Both the position numbers and the translations under genes were made by a program. A stretch of DNA of 64,000 nucleotides from Chiloscyllium plagiosum (lineage: Eukaryota), in contig NC_057719.1 of the NCBI RefSeq assembly GCF_004010195.1, forward strand, positions 4,116,897 through 4,180,896, written 5' to 3'. Under the pieces are notes generated by a model. That model worked only from the letters and a program-made list of their open reading frames with translations, had not been told where the DNA came from and made no database searches. Positions 25,138-39,090 of this stretch are shown piece after piece (position 1 is the first letter of the stretch; the number at the start of each line of letters is the position of its first letter).

Positions 25138-28100
25138 CGAACAATACAGAGCAAAACAAGCCCTTTGGCCCTCAATGTTGCGCCAACCTGTGAACTATTC
25201 TTAGCTCATCCCCTGACACTATCCCATCATCATCCATGTGCTTATCCAAGGATTGTTTAAATCTCCCTCATGTGGCTACGTTAACTACATTGGAAGGTAG
25301 GACATTCCACGCCCTTACCACTCTCTGAGCATAAGGAACCTGCCTCTGATATCTGTCTTAAATCTATCACCCCTCGATTTGTAGTTGTGCCCCTCGTTCA
25401 AGCTGACATCAGCATCCTAGGAAAAAGACTTGCACTGTCTACTCTATCTAATCCTCTAATCATCTTGTATGTCTCTATCAAATCCCCTCTTAGCTGCCTT
25501 CTTTCCAATGAGAACAGACCCAAGTGTCTCAGCCTTTCCTCATAAGACCTTCCCTCCATTCCAGGCAACATCCTCGTTAATCTCCTCTGCATCTTTTCCA
25601 GTGCTTCCACATCCTTCCCGAAATATGGCGACCAGAACAGTACACAATATTCCAAGTGTGGCCGTACTAGCATTTTGTATAGTTGCCGCATGATATTGTG
25701 GCTCCGGAACTCAATCCCTCTACCAATGAAATCTGACACACCGTATGCCTTATTAACAGCACTATCAACCTGGGTGGCAACTTTCAGGGATCTATGTACA
25801 TGGACTCCAAGTTCCCTCTGCATATCCACACTGCCAAGAATCTTTCCATTGACCGAGTACTCTGTCTTTCTTTATTCTTCCCAAAGTGCATCACCTCACA
25901 TTTAGCTGCATTGAACTCCATTTGACACCCCTCAGCCCAATTCTGCAGTTTATCCAAGGCCCCCCTGCAACTTATAACATTCTTCCAAACTGTCCAGTAC
26001 TCCACTGACTTTAGTGTCCTCTGCAAATTTACTAATCCATCCACTTATGCCTGCGTCTAAGTCATTTATAAAAATGACAAACAGCAGTGGTCCCAAAACA
26101 GATCCTTGTGGCACACCACTAGTAACCGGACTCCAGGCTGAATATTTTCCATCAACCACCACTCGCTGCCTTCTTTCAGAAAGCCGGTTTCTAATCCAAA
26201 CTGCTACATCACCCTCAATCCCATTTTCTAATCCAAACTGCTACATCACCCTCAATCCCATGCCTCTGCATTTTCTCCAACAGCCTACGTGTGGAACCTT
26301 ATCAAAGGCCTTACTGAAGTCCATGCATACCACGTCGACTGCCCTACCCTCATCTACGTGCTTGACCACCTTCTCAAAAAACTCAGTAAAGTTTGTGAGA
26401 CGTGACTTACCCTTGACAAAACCATGTTGACTATCTGAAATCGTTTGTTGCTTGCTAGATGATTATAAATCTTATCTGTTATAATCCTTTCCAAAACCTT
26501 ACCTACAACAGAAGTGAAGCTCACTGGTCTATAATTACCTGGGTCATCTCTGCTGCCCTTCTTGAACAAGGGCACAACATTTTCAATCTTCTAGTCCTCT
26601 GGTACTAAACCTGTAGACAATGACGACTCAAAATTCCAAGCCAAAGTTTCTGCTATCTCCTCCCTAGCTTCCCAGAGAATCCTCGGGTAAATCCCATCTG
26701 GCCCAGGGGACTTGTCTAATTTCACTCCTTCTAGAATTGTTAACACCTGTTCGTAACTAACCTCGATCCTTTCCAGTCTAATATCTCGTACCTCATTCTT
26801 CTCCTCTAGAATAGTCTCCTTTTTCTGAGTGAAAACCGATGAGAAATGTTCATTTAGCACCTCCCCACAGGGTCCACACTCGACTTTCCACTTCTGTCTT
26901 TGACTGACCCTATTTCTACCCTCATCATCCTTTTATTCCTCGCATACCTATAGAAAGCTTTAGGGTTCTCCTTTATTCTATTTGCTAAAGAGTGCTCATG
27001 TGCTCTCTTTGCTCTTAACTCTGTCTTTAAATCCTTCCGAGCTGATCTGGAACTCTCCATCACCTCCCCTGAACCATCTTGCCTCATCAACACGTTAGCC
27101 GCCTCCTTCTGCTTAACAAGAGATACAATTTCTGTAGTAAACCACAGTTCCCTTACCTTATCACTTCCTCCCTGCCTGACAGGGACATACCTATCAAGGA
27201 CACACCAGCTCCACATTTCCATTGTCTGCATCTCCTGCATTTTGCTACCCCATTCTATGCATCCTAATTCTTGCCTAATCGCATTATAATTGCCTTTGCC
27301 CCATCAATAACTCTTGACCTGTGGCATGTACCTATCCTTTTCCATCGCTACACTAAAAGTAATTGAGCTATGGTCACTCTCTCCAAAGTGCTCATCTACA
27401 ACTAAAACAAACACCTGGCCTGGTTCATTACCAAGCACCAGACCCACTGTGGCCTCCCCTCTTGTCGGCCCTTCAATATACTGTGTCAGGAAACCCTCCT
27501 GTACATATTGGACAAAAACTGATCCATACGATGTACTAGAGTTATAGCATTTCCAGTCAATGTTGGGGAAGTTAAAGTACCCCATAATGACCACCCTGTT
27601 CCTTTCACTCCTACCCAGAATAATTTTGCCAATCCCCTCTCCCACCTCCCTGGAACTCTGCGGAGGCCTATATTTGAAAAATAACTCCAAGCAGTATGAT
27701 CTCTCCTCCTCCGTTTCTAACCTCAGCCCATACTACCTCAGTAGACAAGTCCTCGTCAAAAGTTCTTTCAGCCACCATTGTACTATCCTTGACTAACAAG
27801 GCCACATCACCCCCTCTTTTACCACCTTGTCCGTTCTTAATGAAAGATCTAAACCCTGGAATTTACAACATCCATTCCTCACCCTGCTCTATCTATGTCT
27901 CCGAAATGGCCACAACATCAAAGTCCCAGGTACCTATCCGTGCTGCAAGCTCACCTACCTTATTTCAGATACTTCTGGCATTGAAGAAGACACAGCTTGC
28001 TGTCTGCAGCACATTCCTGTGACAGTGAAATCCTGTCCCTGTCCTCCCTACTGTCATCCTCCTGTGCACTGCAACTACACCTCCAGGTTCCCATCCCTCT

Positions 28101-29410
28101 GCTGAGCAAATTTAAACCCACCCGAATAGCACCAGCAAATTTCCCACCCCGGATGTTAGTACCCCTCTGGTTCAAGTAAAGACTGTCCTGTTTGTACAGG
28201 TCCCACCTTTCCTAGAATGAGCCCCAATTATCCAAGTACCTGAAACCCTCCCTCCCTGCACCATCCATGCAGCCACGTGTTCAGATGATATCTCTCTCTA
28301 TTCCTTGCCTCTCAGCATCTACTCTAGATTCCCGAAATCCTACTTTACATCCCTATCCCTCTTTCGACCTACGTCGTTGGTACCTACATGGACAACAACT
28401 TGACGCTGGTCACCCCCTCCCTTCAGGTCCCCAAAGATATGATCCGAGACATCACAGACCCTGGCACCTGGGAGGCAACACACCAACCATGAGTCTTGTC
28501 TGTTCCCAAGAAGCCTTCTATCTGACCCTATTGAGTTCTATTGAGTTCCCAATGACTAACACTCTCCTCCTTTCTCTCCTTCCCTTCTGTGCAGCAGGGA
28601 CAGGCTCTGTGCCAGAGACCTGGGCCCCACTGCATACCCGTGCTAAGTTTCTCTTTTCCCCCCACCCCGACAGTATGCAAAACTGTATGCATGTTTTTCA
28701 GGGGAACGACCATAGGGGATCCCTCCACTGACCTGTCTTTTTTCCCCCCCCTCGAACAATCATCCAACTTTCTTCATGCCAAGGAGTAACTACTTCCCTG
28801 TAACTCTTATCTATCACAGCCTCTGCCTCCCAAATGATCCAAAGTTCATCCAGCACCCGCTCCAGTTCCCTAACACGGTCTTGGAGGAGCAAGAGTTGGG
28901 TGCACTTCCTGAAGATGGACTTGGATGGGACGCTAATGGTGTCCCTCACCTCAAACATCATGCAGGAGGAACATTCCTCTCCCTGCACTGCCATCCCTGC
29001 TAGTTCCCTAGTCACAAAGTGAAAAAGAAAAGATGCTTACCTGATGTGTCCCTGTTCTTTAAGGTTAGAGGATGTGGTTGGGTGGGAGGCCCGACAAAGG
29101 TAGGGTCTCGGGTTTAGAAAACACTGACTTATATAGCTGGACCGAAATAAAAAGTAGTAGTCCCTCCTTACCCAGAAACCTCTGCTCTCTGATTTCAAAT
29201 ATAAAAGCTCAAATCGGTGACTCGCCACTTCCAGTAGGCCACTGGTCCAAACTCCCACTTTTCGAGTTGCTACTGCCGCTGAAAAACAAAAATGGAGGAC
29301 CCCTGCACTCAAGATAAGTTTTTAAAGGTTCAAATCAGTCACTGCTCCCGGCAGGCCCCTTGTCCAAGCTCCCGCTCTTAGAGTTGCTGCTGCCGCTGAA
29401 AAACAGAAAT
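25138..29410 (-). mobile_element. Near full-length CR1-type LINE (ORF1 + EN + RT), frameshifted
   Basis: ORF1 CSSCMMFEVRD..KCTQLLLLQDRVRELE; EN YRPPQS..GYFNFPNIDW; RT PVTSGVPQGSVLGPLLFVIFINDL..KFAEDTK; LVRPHLEYCVLFWSP; tail at ~25138. Confidence 0.92.
26188..26261. repeat. Perfect 37-bp tandem duplication within the CR1 RT
   Basis: tttctaatccaaactgctacatcaccctcaatcccat at 26188-26224 and 26225-26261. Confidence 0.9.
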
Positions 29411-29999
29411 TGCAAGAGTTATGTAAACCCTGACTTGTTTGTCTAGATTTATTTCTTGTTGCTTTCAACGTCACTGTCCATATCTGAAAATGGATCAGAG
29501 TTGATTATCCCAGTGAGTTAGGTGTTAGCCATGAATTGTGACATTTTACTACTTGGAAAGAGGCAATCAGTGCATCAAGCCAATGCCAGCTCTTAAAGCT
29601 GTTATTCACTTGTTTATTTTCATGCCTTTTTAGTTATTATAATTTTTACCTCTTGCCTCAAGTCTAGCATGGGTTGTGATTCTACCACTGTTTCCAGTAG
29701 GGTATTCCATATCCTAACAACCTTTGACATTTTGAAAATAAACCAAACATGATTTTAATGATTTGTTTTATATTTATCTTGTTTGCTTACTAACTTCTCA
29801 AACAAGCGGGTGTAATTTTCTTTATATATTTGTAATCTTTGATCATTTTTGATCTCCTAACCTTAAATGCAGCATCAGTGTCCCTTGTCTTCATGCAAAT
29901 AAGCCTTTCATCCTTACTGAGGTGGCTGGCTGCTTTTTAAAGTTTAGAGTGCCATGGATATAAAAATGGGAAGGTGTGATAAATAAGATAGCAAAAACC

Positions 30000-31101
30000 A
30001 GGAAAAGTGGGATCATTAGCAATTGGGGTCAAACTCTCCGGTGGTTGGAGTCATACCTGAAATATTGGAAGATGGTCATAGTTGTTGGAAGTCAGTCATC
30101 TCAGCTCCAGGACATCTCTGCAGGGGTTTCTTAGTGCCCTACGCTCAACCATCTTTGGGTGTTTCATCAAAGACCTTCCCTCCATCGTAAGGTCAGAAGT
30201 GGGGATGTTCACCGTTGATTGCACGATGTTCAGTACCATTCATGACGACTCAGACACTGAAGCAGTCCATGTTCAAATGCAACAAGATTTGGACAAGATC
30301 CAGGCTTGGGCTAACAAGCAGCAAATAACATTTGCACCACACAAATGCTAGACTATGACCATCACCAATAAGAGAGAATCTAATCACTACTCATTGACTT
30401 TCAGTGATGTAGCCATCACTGAATTCCCCACAATGAATACCCTGGGTGTTATCATTGACAAGAAACACAGCTGGACTCCCCATATAAACACTGGCTACAA
30501 GAGCAAGTCAGAGGCTAGGAACACTGCGGTGAGTATCTCACCTTCTGACTCCCAAAAGCCTGTCCACCACCTAAAACGTTCAAGTCAGGAGTGTAATGGA
30601 GTAAACCCCACTTGCCTGGATAAGTGCAGCCCCAACATTTCTCAAGAAGCTTGACATCATCCAAGACAGAGCAATCTGCTTGATTGGCACTGCATCCAGA
30701 AGAATCTACTCCCTCTACCACCAACACTCTAGCAGCAATGTGCACTATTTACAAGATGCATGACAGCAATTCACCAAAGAGCCTCAGACAGCATCTTCTA
30801 AACCCATGACCACTTCCATCTAGAAGGACATGGGTAGCAGACATATGGGAGCACCACCACCTTTCAAGTTCCCCTCCAAGCCATCCACCATCCTGACTTG
30901 GGAATACTGTTCCTGCACTGTTGCTGGGTCAAAATCCTGGAACTCCCTCCCTAAGGGCATTGTGGGTCAACCCACAGCAGGTGGACTGCAGTGGTTCAAG
31001 AAGGCATCTCACCCACACCTTCAAGGGCAAGCAGGGATGGGCGATAAATGCTGGCCCAGCCAGTGACGCCCATGTCCCACAAAATGAATGAATAAAAAAA
31101 A
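30000..31101 (+). mobile_element. CR1-group LINE family 2, 3' portion
   Basis: IFGCFIKDLPSIVRSEVGMFTVDCTMF...QQDLDKIQAWANK; tail gataaatgctggcccagccag...tgaatgaataaaaaaa. Confidence 0.85.
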
Positions 31102-32029
31102 TGCATAAATGTCTTTTATATTCACAATTGTTCATTAGAATTGGAAAGGAGGAAACATTGGAGTTTTCCTCTCACATATAGCTGCAAAAACTAAATGAAT
31201 CCAACTTCAAAACAGGCACTATCCATTTTAAAGCTTACGTGAGTACTTGGGTCTAAATTGTGGCTGTTTTCTCGATCTAGCCTCTCCCTTGCAATTGTTT
31301 GACCTAGCCTCAAAGGAAAAGTTGTATATTGTAGGTATTGGATGTCGTTCAACAGATAACGCTTCTGCCAAAGCCAGAAGATATTGCCTCCAAATCCCAT
31401 TCAAGACATTTAAACACCAAAAACTAGGCTTGCAGAGGCTGCAGCTTTCTGGGCAAAGAATTAAACCCAGGTCTCATTGCGCCCCTCAGGTGGATGTGAA
31501 AGGTTCATGGCACTATTCTGAAAAATCTATTTGCTGAATGTGTAATACACTCCTCCTCATCTGCTGATTTGCTACCTGTAGGTTCACATACTTGTGAAGG
31601 TGGTCCCAGGCACCATCTTTTGTTCTCATTGACTGGTCCAGTCTGAATGAGCAATCCTTCACAGTACATAAGGGTTACATTGAAGCAGTATCCGTGTTTT
31701 TTGTTGTTTTCTGTGGGAAGTCTGCCCCATGTCCCATGGATTTGAAGATTTGTTGTAGAAGAACAGGAAATAATTCTTCTGAGTGCACCCAACAGCTACC
31801 GGGGCAAATAAATTCAACATCAAAAAAATTGGGAAGTGCCACAAGAGGATTTTTAAAAGGGGTATTCTAAAGTTTAACCCGCAATTCTTAGAAACTTTTT
31901 TTTTAATTTTAAGGATGTCTGAGAAATATGAAGTTTATGTATGCCTGCTTTGTTCTAGAGTGGATATTTTAGTGCTGCAGTTGTAATAGTTTTTGTTAGT
32001 ACAACACTACTATGTGCTAAATGACAACT

Positions 32030-32445
32030 GGAAAGAGCTGCAGGTGCTGTAAATCAGAAACAAAACTAGAAATTGCTGGAAAACCTCACCAGGTCTGGCA
32101 GCATCTGTGGAGGGAAATCACAGTTAACATTTTTGGTCAAGTGATCCTGTCTCAGAACTAATGGTAGCTAGGAAAATGTCAACTTAGATGCAGAAGATAG
32201 GATTGGGGGAGGAGGTAAGGATTAAATGACAGATGAAGCTGGGGCCCAAAGAGAAAATAACAGTTGGATAAACAAAAGAATGGATAGCAATCTGGCTAGG
32301 AGGGTGAATAGCTATTAATGGGGACTATTAGTGGCAAAACTGACATTTTCCTAGTTACCAACACTTGACCTGAAACATTAACTCTGATTTCTCATCAGAG
32401 ATGCTGTCAGACCTGAGCCTTTCCAGCAATTTCTGCTTTTGTTAC
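32030..32445. mobile_element. Fold-back PLE-derived insertion (family C, older)
   Basis: Inverted arms gaaattgctggaaa..caggtctggcagcatct / agatgctgtcagacctg..tttccagcaatttc, and tagctaggaaaatgtca / tgacattttcctagtta. Confidence 0.7.
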
Positions 32446-32727
32446 TACTTAGTGCTTATAACATTTGTTCTTCAGCATGTTGACAAATAAATACAAAGTA
32501 ATGTATGGGTGTTTGAAATCTGAAATAAAAGCAAAAAACACTCATCAGGAGGCATGCAGAGATAAATGGCCATTGTTTCACGTTTTCATCTTGCGTGTAT
32601 TCTGAGTGCATTCAGAAGAATTGAGATTTGTTTTCCCCATGTTGTTTTGTAATAAATCTGTCATTAGTTCTGCTGGAGTTTTTGTTTGTTTGAAATTTTA
32701 CTCATTCAGCTCTATTTCTCTCAAAAG

Positions 32728-32903
32728 ATTCTTGTCCCAGAACTCTGTGCTATTCATCCAATCCCAGCTTCCTTATGGAGAAAGGCAGTCTGCCTTCCCA
32801 GTATTCTCTATCGACTGCACTGTTTGTTAACAGCGGAGGAGCTGAGAGCCCAAACAGCAAAGGAAGCCGGCGTGGGAATTGAAGCTCTCCCTTCAAACTT
32901 CAG
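32728..32903 (+). CDS. DICER1: DICER1 coding exon (approx. exon 20), PAZ end/connector helix
   Basis: caaaag|[58 protein letters not shown](R)|gtatgt; 176 nt. Confidence 0.97.
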
Positions 32904-35900
32904 GTATGTACGTTTATTAAAACAAGAAATTTTTGCAGTTCTCTGGAACCTCAAGTTCAGGATATCCCAAAAAACATCTCACGCCCTGTAAAATATTTTT
33001 AAGGCGTTGTCGTTTTTATAATTAGAAAATCCACAAATTGCTTGGTGTGTGAAAGACAATACAGTGATAATGGCTAAATCTGTATTGGCGATATTGAATG
33101 ATGCATTAACACTGGGATAACATTTGTGCAATACTTTGAAATAATGCCCTGGGAGTTTTCTTGTTGCATCCACCCTTAGAAAACAGACAACTCTCAGACA
33201 GATTTAATCTCTGATCCCAAAGGAGGCTCCTCTGACAATTTTTTGCATACCCCCTCTACTGCACTGGAATGCAAACGTTGATTTTTGTTCAAAGGTCTGG
33301 AGCGGGCATTGAACCCAAAAAATATTCATTCTAATGCAGTTTCAATATTGCAGTAACCATTTTGATTTTGGCAATGACCATATTTGCAGATGCAAGAACA
33401 TTTGACTGTGGAATAGAACATAGAACAATACAGCACAGAACAGGCCCTTCGGCCCACGATGTTGTGCCGAACATTTGTCGTTTGACCAATTTAGATCTAA
33501 CTCTGATCCCACCAGCAACTGAATGGCATTGGATCTTGCATTATTCTCTTTTCCAAAGCTTAAAGGGAGTTGGAACTTGCATGTGTTGGGGGATTTTCCA
33601 TCACAAGCTTGCCATCTGAAAATGGAAGCAACCTATGAGTTTCTGACTCTTGTCCTCAAATATATGCATTTTTCTTCTTTGCTTCCTCACACTCAATATT
33701 TTGTGTAGTTATCCCTGTCCCCCTCATGCTATTGGTCTATCTTTCTTTGAATTTTTCCCCTCAATGAAAGAGTTTTGCCACCTATTTTTTCTTTAAAGCC
33801 AGACTTCAATAAATAATTCCATTTTGTCACTTCTGATGTTTAGAAATTGCCTGTATGGTTATGTGGAGTGCACTGTAGTGTTTCTGGAAAATAAAATGAT
33901 TGCTGTTGGTTTCAGGGGACCATTTACTGATGGAAAATGAAGAGACCAGTCATCTGGGGATACTAAGACTGTCAACCTATGCATATACTCTCTGGTTTAA
34001 CAACTGAAATATTTTTTTATAACTCAAGATGCTCTAATTTTTGATTGATGTTATGGGGTTGGCACCCTGCCGCTATCCTGTGAGCCTTCTCTTGTATGAT
34101 GTCTCTGGTGTTCCCCCTCTCTCTTTGTCTGCCTTTCAGTATTCTGTCTGGGAGATATGAGAGAACATGGCTTCAATCACTGGCTTGTAACTCCATGCTG
34201 ATTCCCAAAATCGATGTTGTCAGCACTGAGATGTACATTATAACTTCCCACAAATTGTTGCCAATCCTAGCCTTGCCTTTGTGGGAACCTGTCTTTTTCT
34301 TTCCTGAAAGGAAGGAAATGAATGGATACTCTGAACTGTCAAGGGTGTTGAAGCCCGAGCTGATGTGGGAAGTGAAGATAAAGAAATTAATTCAGGGTAA
34401 CTCTGTAGCTTCACTTGCATCTCAATCAGTGTGTAAATATCTGGTGATCTGCCAGTATAACCACAACCTACAACTAACATTTTAGTTTTCAAAAGTTCTA
34501 GGAAGACTTTTGATTTCACTTCCTCTGCCACATTCCACAACATTTTCTGTTTTTGAACTCCTGGTCCTGACATTGTTTTCAAAAAACACATGGTGAAATA
34601 AGGTGAAACCAGATGTGAAGGAGAGAAAAAGGGAACTGGTGGACAAATGGCATATGGTGGTGGTGGTTACAACCTAGTTGAAAGCATACAGATGTAGCAA
34701 GCAATTGGCAAAATTTCTGTTTATTTTCCTTTTTATTACAAGGAGATTGATTTGGAGAAGAAAGTAAAATGTTTCACTGCATTTATATATTTGGGGGGAC
34801 TACACGTTGGGTGCTAATAGCAATTTTTTTAATTCCTGCTATCGGGGTATAATCTTCTAAGGAGGCAAAATTCTATATTCTCCATGCAATGTAACAGATT
34901 GAGAAGTGATATCATTAAAATACATACTGGCTAGGGAATCTACAATAATTTCAAATTTAAGACTGAGTTGAGAAGGAATTTTACTGATGGTTGCAGGGCT
35001 TGGAATTCTCTGTCAAAGGCTGTGGATGCTTAGTCATTGAAAATATTCAGAGCAATGATTGAAAGATTTTCATGTATTTAGTGATAGGTGGAAAGAATAA
35101 GAAAGTGGATTTGGGCTAGAAGGTCTTACCACAGTGTAAGCTCAAAGGGCAGAATGGCTCACCCCAACCGGTTTCTAATATTCTTGTCCTTTTGGCCAGG
35201 AAATTGAATATGAGTGATATCAATAGGAATAAATTGAAAAGTGAATATTTATTGTAAAATAGTAAACTCTATTTTAAAGTAAAATGAAAAAGATAGCATG
35301 GCATTTTTAAATTTCTTTACCTTGTAAATTTACTCATTTTAGTTTCTAATCAGTCTATAAAGTTGGGCATGTCCAAATGTATATTTAAGATCTGTAGGGA
35401 TTTCCATTTAGAAGTTCCTGAAACAACAATGCTGTTCTTTTGAAAACCTAGGAATCTTAACTTACAGCATTTGGAAGTATCAGATCACATTGTAGTAAGT
35501 GTATTTGGACCAAGCATCACTGCATTTGACATAGGAGATGAAGTTCAAATCAGGAATGCTGGTAACAGTCCAGGGTAAACACCAGCAACGCAACAGTTTT
35601 TACAGTGATTATTGTATTATACAAAATAGCAACTCTCTTGGGAAGGAATTTACAGGGCTCTAATCTAATAGAGGGGGTTCAGACTTCCTAAAACCGTGAA
35701 GGCAACTATTAAGTGGTTTATAACGTCATCTGAACCCTGAGATTCGATTACCACCTTGAACTTAGTCCTTAGTGTCTGATTGTGTAATGTTCAAGGTATG
35801 CTTTTAAAGTTTAAAAATGCTAACTTCTGTTGGTGACTTTGTCTCATTTGAGGGGATTTCATCCATGTGACCTTGTGCCGTTTTTTTTGAGAGTAACTTG

Positions 35901-36701
35901 CAGTAAGCTTCAGGGAGGGTCTATACATAGCATGTGTACAGCTTGGCTTGAGGCTGTTAACATTATGTCATCACAGACTGAAGATTGTATTACAGCAAAA
36001 TCCTGACTACTTATATAAATGTTTGCTCACTTAAGTGATTGGTTGGACTGAAGTATCCCTGCAGGTTTCAGCAATTGCTGTGCCAGTCATCTGAAGGCTG
36101 AGAGTTCACTGAACTTTGTTGTGAAGGCTGCAGCTATTATCAAGTGTTCTCCATCACATACTGCGAGTGATAAACAAAAAGATTTGTTTTCTTTGTATTT
36201 GAAGTGTGCTGTATAATTGCTGATGTCTAAACTGTAGTCTAAGAGCCTGATAACCCTGGAGGCAAATCAGTTACTATCACTGTGTCCCGCAACCCCTGTT
36301 CACTGGAATATTCAATTTCATTTTTGTAAACTTGCAGATTTTTGCAATGGACTGTTGCTTCATTGATGGATAAGTCTGACAGTAGGACATCATGACCAGT
36401 TGGTATCGACAGCTTGATATGGGCTTATATAATTAGGTGTATGGCCCTAAATGTGGCCAAGCAAACTTAATGACTTGGAATCAGGAGGCGAATGAAAAAA
36501 AAATGGTATACTTCTATGGAGCTGGTTTTGTAAAGTGGGCAGAGCAGCATTAGTTCAAGAGCTGAGGTAGACTGCCTGACTCTAGCAACACACAACAAAT
36601 TCATTAACTGCACAATGCCATGGTGAAGATTGCAAAGCTGAGTTGCATTCTTTTCTTTATCCTATAAATCTTTCTGAGAATGAGGATCTTGAAATGAGCT
36701 T

Positions 36702-37011
36702 GGGCGGCACAGTGGTTAGCACTGCTGCCTCACAACGCCAGAGACCCGGGTTCAATTCCCGCCTCAGGCGACTGTATGGAGTTTGCACATTCTCCCCGTG
36801 TGTCTGTGTGGGTTTCCTCTGGGTGCTCCGGTTTCCTCCCACAGTCCAAAGATGTGCAGGTTAGGTGAATTGGCCATGCTAAATTGCCCGTAGAGTTAGG
36901 TGAAGGAGTAAATGTAGGGGAATGGGTCTGGGTGGGTTGCGCTTCGGCGGGTCAGTGTGGACTTGTTGGACCGAAGGGCCTGTTTTCACACTGTAAGTAA
37001 TCTAATCTAAT
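36702..37011 (+). mobile_element. HE1-like V-SINE, near intact
   Basis: gggcggcacagtggttagcactgctgcctcac..gggttcaattcccg head, V-domain, CR1-like tail and taatctaatctaa end. Confidence 0.9.
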
Positions 37012-37280
37012 TTAAAAATTGATGAAATGAGTCTCCAAGCTTAACTAATAGCGTGCCACAGGGATCAGTGCAGGGACCATGCTATGACTTGGATGACAGA
37101 AGTGAGTGTACTATTGCTAAGTTTACAGATGACACAAAAATAGGTGAGAAAGCAAGTAGTGAGGCTGGCAGGGTGTGCAGATGGGTATAGACAGGTTTAT
37201 GTGATTGGGCTAAAATATGGCAGATGGAATGTGATGTCGGGATGAATAAAGAAACTGAATTTTGGATCAGGGATTTGGGA

Positions 37281-37593
37281 ATCATAGAATCCCTATAGTG
37301 TGGAAAGAGACTATTTACCCCCATCAAGTCTGCACTGACCTTCCAAAGAACGTTCCACCCAGACCCGACTCTTCCCCTGCATTTACTATGGCTAATCCAT
37401 CTACCCTACACATCCCTGGACACTAAGACAGTTTAGTATGTCCAGTCCACTTAAACTGCATATCTTTGGACTGTGGGAAGAAATCAGAGCACCCAATGAA
37501 ACCTCATGCAGACACTGGGAGAACGTCACCCAAGGCTGGAATCGAACCTGAGTCCCTGGCACTGAGGCATCAGTGCTAACCACTGAGCCACCC
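37281..37593 (-). mobile_element. HE1-like V-SINE (older)
   Basis: tctttggactgtggga (V-domain, reverse) and cagtgctaaccactgagccacc (head, reverse). Confidence 0.8.
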
Positions 37594-37877
37594 TTGTGCG
37601 TGAATCAAAAAAAATGTTGACTTTGAGGTTCAGTGGATAATAGATCTTTGTTACAAAGGGATTGGAGTACAAAATTTATGGATGTTTTGCTAAAATTATA
37701 CAAGGCACTAGTCTGAATTTAATTGGAATACTGTGAACAGTTTTGGTCCCCTTTATCTAAGGAAAGAAACTGCAGAATGATTCTGTGAAACCCTTTCCCC
37801 CTTTTAGGGTGTGATGCTGTCTAATTTATACACTAGTTAAAAAACAGCAAGTAATAGCCATCTAATCTCAAATTATG

Positions 37878-39090
37878 GAGTTGAGGAAGTAACAAAGAAG
37901 ATTGATGAGGGCAGAGCAGTAGATATGATCTATATGGACTTCAGTAAGGCATTCGACAAGGTTGCCCATGGGACACTGATTAGCAGGGTTAGATCTCATG
38001 GAATAAAGGGAGTACTAGCCATTTGGATATAGAACTGGCTCAAAGGTAGAAGACAGAGGGTGATGGCGGTGGAGGGTTGTTTTTCAGACTGGAGGCCTGT
38101 GACCAGTGGAGTGCCATAAGGATTGGTGCTGGGTCCTCTACTTTTTGTCATTTACATAAATAATTTGGATGTGATCATAAGAGGTACAGTTAGTAAGCTT
38201 GCAGATGACACCAAAATTGGAGGTGTAGTGGACAGCGAAGAGGGTTTCCTCAGATTACAACAGGATCTGGACCACATGGGTCAATGGGCTGAGAAGTGGC
38301 AGATGGAGTTTAATTCAGATAAATGCGAGGTGCTGCATTTTGGGAAAGCAAATCTTAGCAGGACTTATACACTTAATGGTAAGGTTCTAGGGAGTGTTGC
38401 TGAACAAAGAGACCTTGTAGTGCAGGTTGTTAGTTCCTTGAAAGTGGAGTCGCAGGTAGATAGGATAGTGAAGAAGGCGTTTAGTATGTTTTCTTTTATT
38501 GGTCAGAGTATTGAGTACAGGAGTTGGGAGGTCATGTTGCGACTGTACAGGACATTGGTTAGGCCACTGTTGGAATATTGCATGCAATTCTGGTCTCCTT
38601 CCTATCGGAAAGGTGTTGTGAAACTTGAAAGGGTTCAGAAAAGATGTTGCCAGGGTTGGAGGATTTGAGCTATAGGGAGAGGCTGAACAGGCTGGGGCTG
38701 TTTTCCATGGAGCGTCGGAGGCTGAGGGGTGACCTTATGGAGACTTACAAAATTGAGGGGCATGGATAGGATAAATAGACAAAGTCTTTTCCCTGGGATC
38801 TGGGAATCCAGAACTAGAGGGCATAGGTTTAGGGTGAGAGAGGAAAGATTTTAAAAGAGACCTAAGGGGCAACTTTTTCACGCAGAGGGTGGTGCGCGTA
38901 TGGAATGAGTTGCCAGAGGATGTGGTGGAGGCTGATACAATTGTGACATTTAAGAGGCATTTGGATGGGTATATGAATAGGTAGGGTTTGGAGGGATATG
39001 GGCAGGTGGGACTAGATTGGGTTGGGATATCTGGTCGGCGTGGACAGGTTGGACCGAAGGGTCTGTTTCCATGCTATACATCTCTATGAC
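37878..39090 (+). mobile_element. CR1/HER1-type LINE, 5'-truncated, relatively young
   Basis: ORF 38123-38668 VLGPLLFVIYINNLD..SKLADDTKIGG..WQMEFNSDKCEVLHFG; tail ctatacatctctatgac. Confidence 0.92.

Noticed and set aside
36702..36770. tRNA-like A/B boxes
   Set aside because: Head of an HE1 SINE; no complete cloverleaf
38123..38668. 181-aa reverse transcriptase ORF
   Set aside because: Fragment of a 5'-truncated CR1 with upstream stops; not a standalone gene or retron-like system
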